Positions 21,975-32,041 are shown, counted from the stretch's first letter. The stretch: DNA of 64,000 nt from an uncultured Rivularia sp. (GCA_963665115.1 OY762007.1:8320001-8384000), one strand, 5' to 3'. Numbers and translations are program-made. Notes: generated from the sequence alone by a model not told the origin.

Positions 21975-23039
21975 ATGACTACTAGCTTTATTGTTCTTGA
22001 AGTAGGTGCGACTGGATTAAAAGTAACAAGATTGCAGTCGGCTTTAAAACAGCTTAATTTTTATTTTAGTGCCGTTGATGGTATTTTTGGTGCAAAAACC
22101 AAAGCTGCATTAATTAAGTTTCAACAGCTTTACAGTCATCTTCCTAGCAACGGAATTGTTGATGCTGAAACGATTTTACAATTAGATCAAGATGTGTGGT
22201 TGTCGGGAAAAGAGGTTTTGCGGGAAGGTTGTACGGGTGAAGAAGTAAAAGCACTTCAAGAAATATTTACTGTCTCCGATTTACACACCTCAACTACTGA
22301 TGGATATTTTGGTAGAAAAACGAAAGAAGCTGTAATTTGGTTTCAACAAAATTGGAGTTTGCAAGCAGATGGTATTGTAGGAACTGATACTTGGGCTGCT
22401 TTATATCGCCATCAAGTTTATAATGTACCAATAGAAGACAGAGTTAACTATTTTTTTGGTGAGTTAAATACAGATACATTTATTAAATTACCGCTAAAAA
22501 ATGGTGACAAGGGACGCGATATTTTAGTGTTACAAAAGTTTTTAAATCACGGTTATGGGGGTACTCGTGGAATTTTGGAAGATGGCTATTTTGGACAAGC
22601 AACAGAACAAGCCGTTAAAAACTTTCAGCAACGTAAGGGTTTATTTGTTGATGGGTTTGTAGGAGTGCAAACTTATGAACAAATGCTTCGTGAAGGTTTG
22701 AGTCAGCAGTTAATAAATGAGTTATTAAGCATTCGTAAAAGTAAGTCACTTAGTTTTACGAATGGTAACGAATATCAGATGATAGAAGATGCAGCGGTAA
22801 GAGGAGAAACCGTAATTCATAGGTTTGAAGTTGCACCGAGACAAGATTTTAATATCGTAATTACTTGTTCAGAAAATAATGCAGTTTTTGAATTATTTAA
22901 GGTTGGGGAGCCTAGAATTTATGCAGAAAAAGCAACCAATATGAAGCTGCTCCTAGAAGAAGGTGAATATTATTTGGCTGTTAATGCTATTCGCGGTAAT
23001 ACTAGTTATAAGTTGCAGGTTAAATCGATAAATTGTTAG
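21975..23039 (+). CDS. Peptidoglycan-binding domain protein (3 PG_binding_1 repeats plus C-terminal PPC-like domain)
   Basis: Three DGxFGxxTxxAxxxFQ..DG.VG repeats. Confidence 0.88.
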   Translation: MTTSFIVLEVGATGLKVTRLQSALKQLNFYFSAVDGIFGAKTKAALIKFQQLYSHLPSNGIVDAETILQLDQDVWLSGKEVLREGCTGEEVKALQEIFTVSDLHTSTTDGYFGRKTKEAVIWFQQNWSLQADGIVGTDTWAALYRHQVYNVPIEDRVNYFFGELNTDTFIKLPLKNGDKGRDILVLQKFLNHGYGGTRGILEDGYFGQATEQAVKNFQQRKGLFVDGFVGVQTYEQMLREGLSQQLINELLSIRKSKSLSFTNGNEYQMIEDAAVRGETVIHRFEVAPRQDFNIVITCSENNAVFELFKVGEPRIYAEKATNMKLLLEEGEYYLAVNAIRGNTSYKLQVKSINC

Positions 23040-23132
23040 TTAATAAAACCCCTCCCGAAGTTGACGTGGAGGGGAACAAATTTAATATTTAGTTTGTCTA
23101 ATCTATTATTGAAAATTACTAGAAATAATCTT

Positions 23133-23591
23133 ATGAAAAAAATAGCTATTGTATCTGTTTTGATCGCAAGTCCGTTATTATGGTTGCTGAATAATCAAGT
23201 TTTCGCAACACCCAAAGAAACGGTTTCTCAATCAATACACTCTCAAGCTGCTCAATCAAAAGATAAATGGCGAAGAATGAACGAGAAGGAAGAGATAAAT
23301 CAAATAAGATCGCTAATTGATAGTCGTATGGGTGTAGCTGCACTTAATCAATTAGCGTTAGAAGGTTTTATTGGTTTTGATTGTAAACGCAGCTTTTATG
23401 TTAACGAACGATATGGTGGTTTTCAAACTTTGATGCGGGTGAAGTGTAATAAGCCTAAAGGTGCTTCTAGTGCAATCGGTTATGACGAAATTCGAGTTGT
23501 TTTCAATCGGTTTGAAGATAATATTGAGGGCTTTAAAATTGAAAGGGTTTCCAAAGAAACTGGCTCTGGGAAGATTAAGTTACCCGATTGA
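23133..23591 (+). CDS. Hypothetical secreted protein
   Basis: Signal-peptide-like MKKIAIVSVLIASPLLWLL from the ATG at 23133. Confidence 0.7.
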   Translation: MKKIAIVSVLIASPLLWLLNNQVFATPKETVSQSIHSQAAQSKDKWRRMNEKEEINQIRSLIDSRMGVAALNQLALEGFIGFDCKRSFYVNERYGGFQTLMRVKCNKPKGASSAIGYDEIRVVFNRFEDNIEGFKIERVSKETGSGKIKLPD

Positions 23592-23688
23592 TTACTTGTA
23601 GTAAAGGGAGTTGGGAGTTGGGAGTAGGAAGTTGGGAACAGGGATTGTCAACAACCGCTTGGGAATAAATTCCCAGGCTATCAGACTG

Positions 23689-23853
23689 AGTAAAGCTGCT
23701 GTAATTAAATTTCAAAAAGATCGAAATCTTGTGGCTGATGCAATTGTTAGCGCCAAAACTTGGGAAAAATTATCCCATGTAGTTACTTTTGATGCAGATA
23801 TTGATAATTTCCTTCGCCAACATTTTTTCTTTAGCTTGGAATACGTTGCTTAG
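23689..23853 (+). pseudogene. Fragment of a peptidoglycan-binding gene paralog
   Basis: KAAVIKFQKDRNLVADAIVSAKTWEKL..HFF resembles repeat 2 of 21975-23039; 5' part is replaced by repeat DNA. Confidence 0.6.
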
Positions 23854-23972
23854 AGAAACGGGATTTGTTTTTTTGTTTTTATAATTAAGATAGCGGTTTA
23901 TTGTTGGGATTTCATACAGATTCAGGAGACGTAGCAGTGCTACGTCTCTACATTTTTTTGGGGGATTAACTA

Positions 23973-26402
23973 TTATCTTGCGACAATTTGACCGCCTGGG
24001 CGCTGAATCATGATTTCTGATAACCGTCGCTTGGCTTTAGGATCGATTCCGAAAATACGTATGTAGTCGTTATTATGTTCGACTAAACACGCTTCCAAAG
24101 CGGCGATCGCCTCTGCCATATCTTCTATTTGATGCCCTGCGTAACTGTTCCAGGAACCCGTGCGGAATCTACGCTGGTCTACGTATTCTATACCGATGTG
24201 GCTTCCTGTTGCTAAAATTTCTCGCATTTGTTCTAATACTTCTAGCTGCAAATGGGCTGAAGGTATCTGTGCGTTGTATGCATTACCACCTCCGTAGGCT
24301 TGATAATTTCCTGTAGCTTGCTTGGCATTAGTGGTTGCTGTTGGGCTATGAGCGGCTGTATGGGGATGAGGGAATGGATCGGAATCTGGATACTGGAAGC
24401 TTGAATCGCTACTTTGTTGGTTGTTATAGGTTGATCGTGTTTCTGGATATTGGAAAGTCGAACCACCTATGTGTTTGGATGTTTCTGGATAACGGTAAGT
24501 TGAACCACCTATGTGTTTAGATGTTTCTGGATAATGGAAAGTTGAATCGCTACTTTGTTCGCTGTAATGTGGAGCAGATGTTTCTGGATAATGGAAATTC
24601 GCACCACCTATTTGTTTAGGTGTTTCTGGATAATGGAAAGTTGAATCGCTACTTTGTTCGCTGTAGTGTGGAGCAGATATTTCTGGATAATGGAAATTCG
24701 GACCACCTATTTGTTTGGATGTTTCTGGATAATGGAAAGTTGAATCGCCACTTTGTTCTTTGTAGTGTGGGGTAGATGTTTCTGGATAGCGGAAAGTGGA
24801 ACCACCTATTTGTTTGGTTGAATCTACTCTAGATTTTTCTGGATATTGGAAACTCGAATCGCTACTTTGTTTTTTGTAGTTTGGAGTAGCTGTTTCTGGA
24901 TAGCGGAAAGTTGAATTCCCGCTTATTTGTTTGCTGGGATATAAAGTTTGTGTTGGTGGATAATGGAAAGTTGAACCGTTGGTTTCGTTAGGATCTTGAA
25001 TGATGGTTTCCATGACTGCCTGCTTGGTTTTGTAGTCGATTCCAGCTACGCGCACGTAGTCATTGGTGTGCTTAACTAAACATCTTTCCAAATCTCCAAT
25101 TGCATCGGCCATATCATCTATTTCATGAGTAGAAAACTTTTGCCAATTATCCTTGCCATTGTCAGAATAATCGATACTCAAATGGTTTCCCGATGCCAAT
25201 ATTTTCTGCATATAGCTAAGGATTTCCGGCCCAACATGGGTAGATGCGATTTCTGTATTGCGATTAATACTGTTAGGATTTTTACCTAAACTCCGGTTTC
25301 TACCAGTTGTTAATTTACCAGAAGATGGGATATCGGGTATATGTACGGCTTCCGCTGGCGTTTGATGGCTAGGTCTTGCTTGGTAAGTAGATGATGGTTC
25401 CGGGTCAAAATGCGCTGTAGGTCTTGCTTGATACACGGGTAATTCCGCATCAAAATGTGACGTAGGTCTTGCTTCATACACGCCTGTTTCTGCTGGCTGC
25501 GGTACAAAATGCTTCTGATGACGTAAAGCACCGCGATTGTATTCTTCAACCAAGTGCGAATCATCCACCCGATGCTGTTCCCCAACCATCAAATGACCCA
25601 TTTCGATCAAATCCGATAACCCAAATCTAGGCTTTTTGAATGATGGAAGATTATTGCTGTTGACAACAGAAGAAGAAACTTTATCAACTCCTTTATCGTG
25701 GATAAACCCGCGAATTTGCTCGTCATAAATTCGCGATCGCAACGCACTATAAAAATCAACTGCGGCATCAGGAAACTGCGAAACCAGTTTTTCTATATCT
25801 TGTCGTGATAAACCATCTTCACTAAAAATTCCTGCCGCAATACCAACTTTGTCATCTCTACTTGGTTCCCAGTAAAATTTTTCCATCCTACCGTCACGAA
25901 TCAACGGTGCATATAATGTAGAAAAATCGTTCCCGGTGACAATAATCGGAACGCGATGCAAAGGCGTAGAATCATAACTACCCGGTAACTGTACGTCGGT
26001 GGGATTATCCGCAATATTCATCAACGTAGCGTTTACCAACTGCGTATTCACCGTGTACTGGGTACCTTCATCAAAACGTCCGGCACCAGCATCAAGATCG
26101 TTAATCATCAACACGCACATTTTACCGCGCACCTTGATTAATTCCGCCGTTTCCCGATAGCGCAACCGAATCAAACGGGCTGGATCTCCGGCATCCGGAC
26201 TTTCCAATTCACCACCAGAGATGTGAGTTACCTCCACACCCATTTTCTCAAAAACTAATTCGCATTGAAAAGATTTTCCTTCACCCTTGCGCCCGTGAAC
26301 ACCCAAAATCAAAGGTACTCGAACATTAGGTAAGTCGAGATAGTTTTTAGTAATGTGAACGGCAAGTTTATCTTCAAAACGGGGAGAAATATAGTAGCTC
26401 AT
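23973..26402 (-). CDS. rca: Rubisco activase (cyanobacterial AAA+ type), extended, with two RbcS-like domains
   Basis: Walker A GRKGEGKS, Walker B LMINDLD, YAPLIRDGRMEKFYW; C-terminal SSUL with RRFRTGSW; start MSYYISPRF at 26402 gives 809 aa. Confidence 0.95.
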   Translation of the reverse strand: MSYYISPRFEDKLAVHITKNYLDLPNVRVPLILGVHGRKGEGKSFQCELVFEKMGVEVTHISGGELESPDAGDPARLIRLRYRETAELIKVRGKMCVLMINDLDAGAGRFDEGTQYTVNTQLVNATLMNIADNPTDVQLPGSYDSTPLHRVPIIVTGNDFSTLYAPLIRDGRMEKFYWEPSRDDKVGIAAGIFSEDGLSRQDIEKLVSQFPDAAVDFYSALRSRIYDEQIRGFIHDKGVDKVSSSVVNSNNLPSFKKPRFGLSDLIEMGHLMVGEQHRVDDSHLVEEYNRGALRHQKHFVPQPAETGVYEARPTSHFDAELPVYQARPTAHFDPEPSSTYQARPSHQTPAEAVHIPDIPSSGKLTTGRNRSLGKNPNSINRNTEIASTHVGPEILSYMQKILASGNHLSIDYSDNGKDNWQKFSTHEIDDMADAIGDLERCLVKHTNDYVRVAGIDYKTKQAVMETIIQDPNETNGSTFHYPPTQTLYPSKQISGNSTFRYPETATPNYKKQSSDSSFQYPEKSRVDSTKQIGGSTFRYPETSTPHYKEQSGDSTFHYPETSKQIGGPNFHYPEISAPHYSEQSSDSTFHYPETPKQIGGANFHYPETSAPHYSEQSSDSTFHYPETSKHIGGSTYRYPETSKHIGGSTFQYPETRSTYNNQQSSDSSFQYPDSDPFPHPHTAAHSPTATTNAKQATGNYQAYGGGNAYNAQIPSAHLQLEVLEQMREILATGSHIGIEYVDQRRFRTGSWNSYAGHQIEDMAEAIAALEACLVEHNNDYIRIFGIDPKAKRRLSEIMIQRPGGQIVAR

Positions 26403-26514
26403 GTAATAAAAGCAGAAATTTAACAGTAGTAGAACCATGTTAAATTTTTATGGCTACTATTTATCATGTATTTTTGTAAGCTAAATCCCCTTTCTACTTA
26501 TAGCCGCAATATTT

Positions 26515-26775
26515 TTATCTAATTACTGCCTCGTAATCTTCATGAGTCCCCATCCAAAACCAATAGTAATCCTCACCTTGTTTTAAAGCCAAGGCACGAT
26601 AATTGACAGTAACTCTAGCAGACCATAAATTGTCTGCTACTTTCTTAAAGTGTAGAGAAGGATGAAATTGATTGTTCTTCCAAAGTTGATCGGCTTTTCT
26701 TGCTTGCGCTTTTATTTTTGGTGGTAAAACTGATGCAGTTACCCAGCGAGAGCTTATACAATTAATAGAAACCAT
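26515..26775 (-). CDS. ParE/HigB-like toxin-family protein, N-terminus apparently eroded
   Basis: HPSLHFKKV..WSARV..NYRAL..WFWMGTHEDY. Confidence 0.7.
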   Translation of the reverse strand: MVSINCISSRWVTASVLPPKIKAQARKADQLWKNNQFHPSLHFKKVADNLWSARVTVNYRALALKQGEDYYWFWMGTHEDYEAVIR

Positions 26776-26897
26776 AATCGTCTATAAATTTCCACGTTTA
26801 AGCAGAAAAGAGATAGAAAAAATGTTGGGATAATGAAAATAATCGCTATTATTATCATTGAGAAGCATATTCGCTGTCAAAATCGGGGTGAAGTTTA

Positions 26898-27773
26898 ATG
26901 GGTAAATCAATCGTTGACTTAGTTGATAACCTACCTACTGATAATATTACTGTCAAAGTATTAAAGGCTCTTGATTATATAGTACCTGGTGAGTGGGATA
27001 ATTTTGTAAATTTTGACGATGCAATAAGTAAGATTACCGGAGAAACTAAGTCCAAAAAAATTAAGAAAATTCGTAAACAAGCAGTTAAATTATACGAAGA
27101 TAAGAATAACGGATATCAAACAGCTATTTGGCTTTATCAAACTATAGATGCTACAGATAAAGCTATAGGTGCTGCCGCTTTAGCTGATAAAGTTGGGGAT
27201 ACTTTTAGTTTTATACCCTTTTTAAAACAATTAACTCCCAAAGCAGATACTTTGCAAAGTATTGATTTAAAAATGAAATTGGTTGCGGAATTAATCGCTT
27301 ATAGCAAGCTTAATGGACTTACTCTTTCTCCACAAAAATTTGCTACTTCTCTAAAGGAAAATTATCAAAACGATGCGCTTATAAGGATGGTAGCTTTAGT
27401 TTGTATTGATGGTGTGCTTCCTCTAGGTGCAAATTTCGTTCCTAGAGTTGAAAACGATATTACTAAAAGAGAAAATTTGCAAAATAATCCGGCTTTTTCT
27501 GCTATCAGTCAATTCATTCCTAGCACGGATAAAACAGGTTTTATTAATGACAGTTTCAAAGCAGTTGATGATTGGATGGCAAAATTAACCGATTCTGCTG
27601 GTTTAACTCGCGAATCAATTGCCAATCGTCTTAGTAATTTTATAGATATTGCTGACGATAAATTAGATTATGTAGCAGCCTTTTTAGATGCAAGCACCAA
27701 CTATTTTGAGCATACCGGAATTCAAACTGTTGCTCGTAAATTAATTAAGGAAGCTTATCAAGAGGTAGATTAA
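26898..27773 (+). CDS. Conserved cyanobacterial hypothetical protein
   Basis: 291-aa ORF with normal composition; no function recognised. Confidence 0.85.
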   Translation: MGKSIVDLVDNLPTDNITVKVLKALDYIVPGEWDNFVNFDDAISKITGETKSKKIKKIRKQAVKLYEDKNNGYQTAIWLYQTIDATDKAIGAAALADKVGDTFSFIPFLKQLTPKADTLQSIDLKMKLVAELIAYSKLNGLTLSPQKFATSLKENYQNDALIRMVALVCIDGVLPLGANFVPRVENDITKRENLQNNPAFSAISQFIPSTDKTGFINDSFKAVDDWMAKLTDSAGLTRESIANRLSNFIDIADDKLDYVAAFLDASTNYFEHTGIQTVARKLIKEAYQEVD

Positions 27774-27787
27774 ATTGATCGTGCTTT

Positions 27788-27968
27788 GTAGAGACGTAGC
27801 AATGCTACGTCTCCGAATGTCGCGGGAAAACGAATTTATTTTTTCAGATGCGTTTCCGTAATGTTTGGGGGAAATTGATTTATTTCAGTTGCGTTTTCGT
27901 AATGCGATTTCACTAAATTATCGATACATATTTAAACATCGGGAGACGTAGCACTGCTACGTCTCTAC
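27788..27968. mobile_element. Inverted pair of GTAGAGACGTAGCANTGCTACGTCTC hairpins (REPIN-like)
   Basis: Hairpins at 27788-27812 and 27942-27968 face outward; single copies near 698, 8654, 23925, 31955, 58575. Confidence 0.85.
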
Positions 27969-27997
27969 ATTAATATTCGTATTTTTGTAAATTATAA

Positions 27998-28606
27998 CTA
28001 AAACCAATTTAACCAACCTTGCCAATTTTTAACAATTTCAGCAAATACTTGATATCCTGCGGCTCTGGGATGAGCGCCATCATATTTTTTTACTTCATTC
28101 ATCCAGATATCCGATTTTAAAAGTTGTGGAAAAACATTTAAATAAGGAACCTTTAATTGATTGCAAACACAGCCAAACTCTTGGGATAATTCGGAAATTC
28201 TTTGATTTTGTTCCTCATCATCCATTGGTGGTGCGCTAACTACTAAAACTGGATATAAATCTTTTGCAATACTTAAAATATCCTGTAGGTTGGTAATCGA
28301 ATCCTGTAAAGAAACTCTAGTTTTACCATTTTCTATAGTTGTATCGTTGGCTCCAAAAGAAAATACAACCCTACCATTATATTGTTGAGGTAAACGATAA
28401 GAAACTTCCTGCAACCAGCGCTTTCTTAACTCAGTACTCGTTTCCCTTCTAACTCCCAAATTATAGTAAGTAATATCAAATCCTTTGGAGAAGGCATCTT
28501 GACATATTCTACCAGCCCAACCCAAACACTCAGAATCACCAGTACCATTTACAAGTGACTCGCCAACAAAGCAAATTCTTAATTCTTTTAATAGTTGTGA
28601 AGTCAT
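27998..28606 (-). CDS. SGNH/GDSL esterase-lipase
   Basis: FVGESL, NLGVR, FGAND and DGAHP blocks. Confidence 0.92.
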   Translation of the reverse strand: MTSQLLKELRICFVGESLVNGTGDSECLGWAGRICQDAFSKGFDITYYNLGVRRETSTELRKRWLQEVSYRLPQQYNGRVVFSFGANDTTIENGKTRVSLQDSITNLQDILSIAKDLYPVLVVSAPPMDDEEQNQRISELSQEFGCVCNQLKVPYLNVFPQLLKSDIWMNEVKKYDGAHPRAAGYQVFAEIVKNWQGWLNWF

Positions 28607-28820
28607 TAAAATAATAATAAAATAAGTATAATAATGTACTTTATATTACTTTCTGGAACTAATCGCAATACTTAATTTAACAAGTGTAAATAGCATATTA
28701 AATGTATAGACATCGGCACAGTAAAAAATATGTGCCATTTACGGATATCCGTACTGTATCAAAATTTTGATAATTTCTCAATCTATTTTATGATTGCTCT
28801 ATTGAGAGAATAAATTTCAG

Positions 28821-28988
28821 ATGGAAAAACAAGAAGTCATCAAAGTTTTGCAAAGAGCTATTTCCAGCATTCGTAAAAACAGAAATAATGATGCTGTCAA
28901 GGATTTACACATTCTGATAGCTGACTTAGAAAGAAGGATAAAAGAAGATGATTTTGATGGTGAATATATATTAGACGATCCAAACTGA
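28821..28988 (+). CDS. Small hypothetical protein (55 aa)
   Basis: MEKQEVIKVLQRAISSIRKNRNNDAVKDLHILIADLERRIKEDDFDGEYILDDPN; GAGAG upstream; amphipathic helices. Confidence 0.6.
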   Translation: MEKQEVIKVLQRAISSIRKNRNNDAVKDLHILIADLERRIKEDDFDGEYILDDPN

Positions 28989-29074
28989 TTATTTGACTTT
29001 GATATCGGGGTGTACATAAATCTGGGGCATCTTTGCCCGTCCATTTCTACTTTAGGATTTAGGAAACTGTTAAA

Positions 29075-29882
29075 TTATTTCCCTTTCTCCTTCAACCAAT
29101 TTACGCCAAAATCAACAGCATCTCTAACAGTAAACAACTTGGTTTGTGCCGAGCCAACCTGTGAAGCTTTTACATAAGCTGCTTTTTCAAAATCCTTACC
29201 CATATCTATAAAGCAGTTACGATCAAAATCAATATCTGAATAATGTGTCCAAACTCGTTTTCCCTGTTCTATAATTGGCGCTCCATAATTAGTTGTTGTA
29301 ATATCACCCATGCGGTATTCCGATAGATGAAATGTTGTACAAGTATCGTATTCGGTTCCTAATAAAAGTACGTAACCGTTTAAATCGTAGAGACGAGCCA
29401 GAGGTGATTCTTCTCCAAGTGAATAATTCAAAGACTGATTTTTGATAATAACTTCGGCATTCTTCCCCCAAGCAGCAAAAGAAAAATTGGGGTGAGAACT
29501 TCTTAAAACCTTTTCACAAGTTCGGAAAACTTCTACAATTTTCCCCATATTTCTTGTAGGAGTAACTTTCGCGTCGTAAGCTGGCATGGTATCGCGAATA
29601 ATCTGCCACCATTCACAAGGAAACTGGTGGTTTTTGCCACGGCTCTGGATCTGAAAAATCGTTACTATGAGTAGGCATTACCAAAGTACCCTCTGACGTA
29701 ACAATATCCATCAAAGCTTGAACTACAGTTACCGCACCACCACAAACCCACCCCAAAGAACTTAGAGAAGAATGTACAATTACCGTTGTTCCTGGAGTTA
29801 AACCTGCATTAATTAAATCTTGTGTTAAAGTCTTGCGGGTGCGGGGCGATGGCGTTTTTGAAATAGTCTCTGCTTCGCTCAT
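29075..29882 (-). pseudogene. AAC(3)/YokD family N-acetyltransferase, apparent +1 frameshift
   Basis: VHSSLSSLGWV, VMPTH, RSSHP, FHLSEY; removing one T at about 29621-29623 restores PPVPCEWWQIIRDTMP, 268 aa. Confidence 0.9.
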
Positions 29883-30136
29883 TTTGCATAATATGATTTA
29901 TTTTTTAGATTAAAATCAAATTTGATGATATCAAATTAAAAAAAGTAAATAATTCAGATAATCATTATTTCTCATGCAATCAATATGGTTAACCATTAGT
30001 TTTAATAAGTTTGTAGTAAGGATTTTAGCCATTTATTAGAGGGCTAAAGCCCTTACTACGAACCTTGGTAGTTAGGAAATACCCCGAAAGAGATATCTAC
30101 TTCGGATGAAAAAAATATCCTTGGCTGTCCGAATAC

Positions 30137-30577
30137 TTAGATAACTTTATATCTGACATTTAACGAATCAATTCCCTGCTTTACCCAACACCAACATTCA
30201 TATTCTGATTTAAATAACTTTGGTGCGGCGATATTATTTAATGAATCTGGTAAGTAATGGTCATAATAATATTTACCAGCTTCCTGGGAAACGACAATTA
30301 AGTTGTTACGGAACACGTAGCGATGTTTAAATGCATCATTATCGCTAACGAAATCAGAATTCTTATCTATGTGTTCTTTGGCAATATTTATAATATTCTC
30401 AATGCTACTGCCGTAGATTTTTGCCGGATTTTCGGCTTTGTGATACTGACTTTTAGACCCAACTTCTGATAGCAATTTATACGAATAAATTTCGTAATTA
30501 TCTGCTTTCCCGAAAACGAATGGTATGATGAGATATCCTTGGTAGGATACTGATTCTTCGTAATTTAAGTTTTTCAT
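30137..30577 (-). CDS. Conserved cyanobacterial hypothetical protein
   Basis: 146-aa ORF, ATG start with AGGA upstream. Confidence 0.8.
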   Translation of the reverse strand: MKNLNYEESVSYQGYLIIPFVFGKADNYEIYSYKLLSEVGSKSQYHKAENPAKIYGSSIENIINIAKEHIDKNSDFVSDNDAFKHRYVFRNNLIVVSQEAGKYYYDHYLPDSLNNIAAPKLFKSEYECWCWVKQGIDSLNVRYKVI

Positions 30578-30968
30578 TGATACGTCCTGATATATAAATG
30601 CTATCCAAAGTAGTATGCTCGTATCGCGATCGCGACGATCGAAGGTTTTAGCAGGTGGGATTGTTTATTAATCCTTTAGCTTTACAAAACAAGTTGCTAA
30701 CGGATTTTATAAGTTTTCATTTATACCATTTGCATAATGATTTTTTGACAGAACCGATAAATTTATTTTATAAAAGTAAAGCGAACTGCCAAAAGGTTGA
30801 AATGGTATTATTTGCTGCTAAAATTTTCTCCTACATAACTAGTATGCAGAAGTTTACGGAACTATTGAAGGCAGATGATTTTTTTACACCAACCTTCAAA
30901 TAAACTCTATATTTTTGCGATTAATTGTTATCTACTTTCAACTTACCACAACTAGCTAATAGTGCAAG

Positions 30969-31824
30969 TCACCATAGACTTAGTTGTTTTGGAGAATTAT
31001 TTAGAAGGTTCCAAGGTAGGGGTGAGACCCCTATACCCCTCTGTTCTAATAGGTTTTGAAAGTGACGAGCAGCCCACGGTGATTTTCCTTCCTGGGGACA
31101 ATGGACAAAAAAGTAAATTTGCATTCCAGATTGCAACCATTGTTTAATATGAGTTACCCATTCTTCCATAAATGTTTGATTTATGGACAAATTGGGATGA
31201 GATATGAAACGAATTAAAGTAAATGGTGCCGTAACATTAAAGTTTACAGGTAGTTGAGGTTTACGTCTTTCGGAACCAAGTTGTGGATCTTCTTCTCCGG
31301 TATAGATGGGGACGAGAATCTAGTATCACTTTTCCTACACCGAATTTTTGCAAAAGGTTTGTTAACTTATCTGCTGATGGTTGTTTAAACCAGTCGCGAT
31401 GTCTGACTTCTACTGCCAAAGGTAGTTGCGTTTGTTGCCAAGCTTCGATGAAAGCAGTTAAATCGTTGAGTGATGAAGGTGCGTAGCTTGGTGGTAACTG
31501 TGCAAACATCGGTGCAATACGGGTACCCAAAGGACGCATAATTTCCGCGAATTTTAAAGCCTCGTTAATATAAGGTTTGAGCGAGCCGTTATGAGTAATA
31601 TTTCGCGGTAATTTTAAACAAAATTTAAACTCTGGAGGTGTTTGATCTGCCCAACGTTTTACGGTTTCTTGATTTGGTACCGCATAAAAAGTAGTGTTGC
31701 CTTCCACAGTTGTGAAGCGACGACTGTAAAGGTGGAGAAAATCAAGCGGGCGAGTACCTTGAGGATAAAGTTCGCCTACCCAACCTTTATAAGACCAAAC
31801 AGCACACCCAATAAAGAAATCCAC
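30969..31824 (-). pseudogene. DUF72 family protein, apparent +1 frameshift
   Basis: GCAVWSY.GW, VEGNTTFY, QLPP, VEVRH; removing one C at about 31308-31311 gives 284 aa. Confidence 0.9.
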
Positions 31825-32041
31825 AATCTTAATTTTATATTATTAATAATTTTAAAATATCATTTTTTGGTAGTAGCAACAGCGAAATCATCTTTATTTT
31901 CTATTCTCCGCATTTAGGCTTTACCCAATTCTCTATATGAATTCAAATACAAGAAGACGTAGCAATGCTACGTCTCTACATTATTTATTACAGCATTCAC
32001 AAAGAAGGAAAAAATATTTCTATTCCCCATGCCCAATTCTA

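Noticed and set aside
26403..26438. ORF-track N-terminal extension of rca
   Set aside because: MSYYISPRF at 26402 matches the usual cyanobacterial Rca start
29075..29882. Aminoglycoside resistance gene
   Set aside because: Family membership only; chromosomal YokD-like homologs are widespread and there is no mobile context
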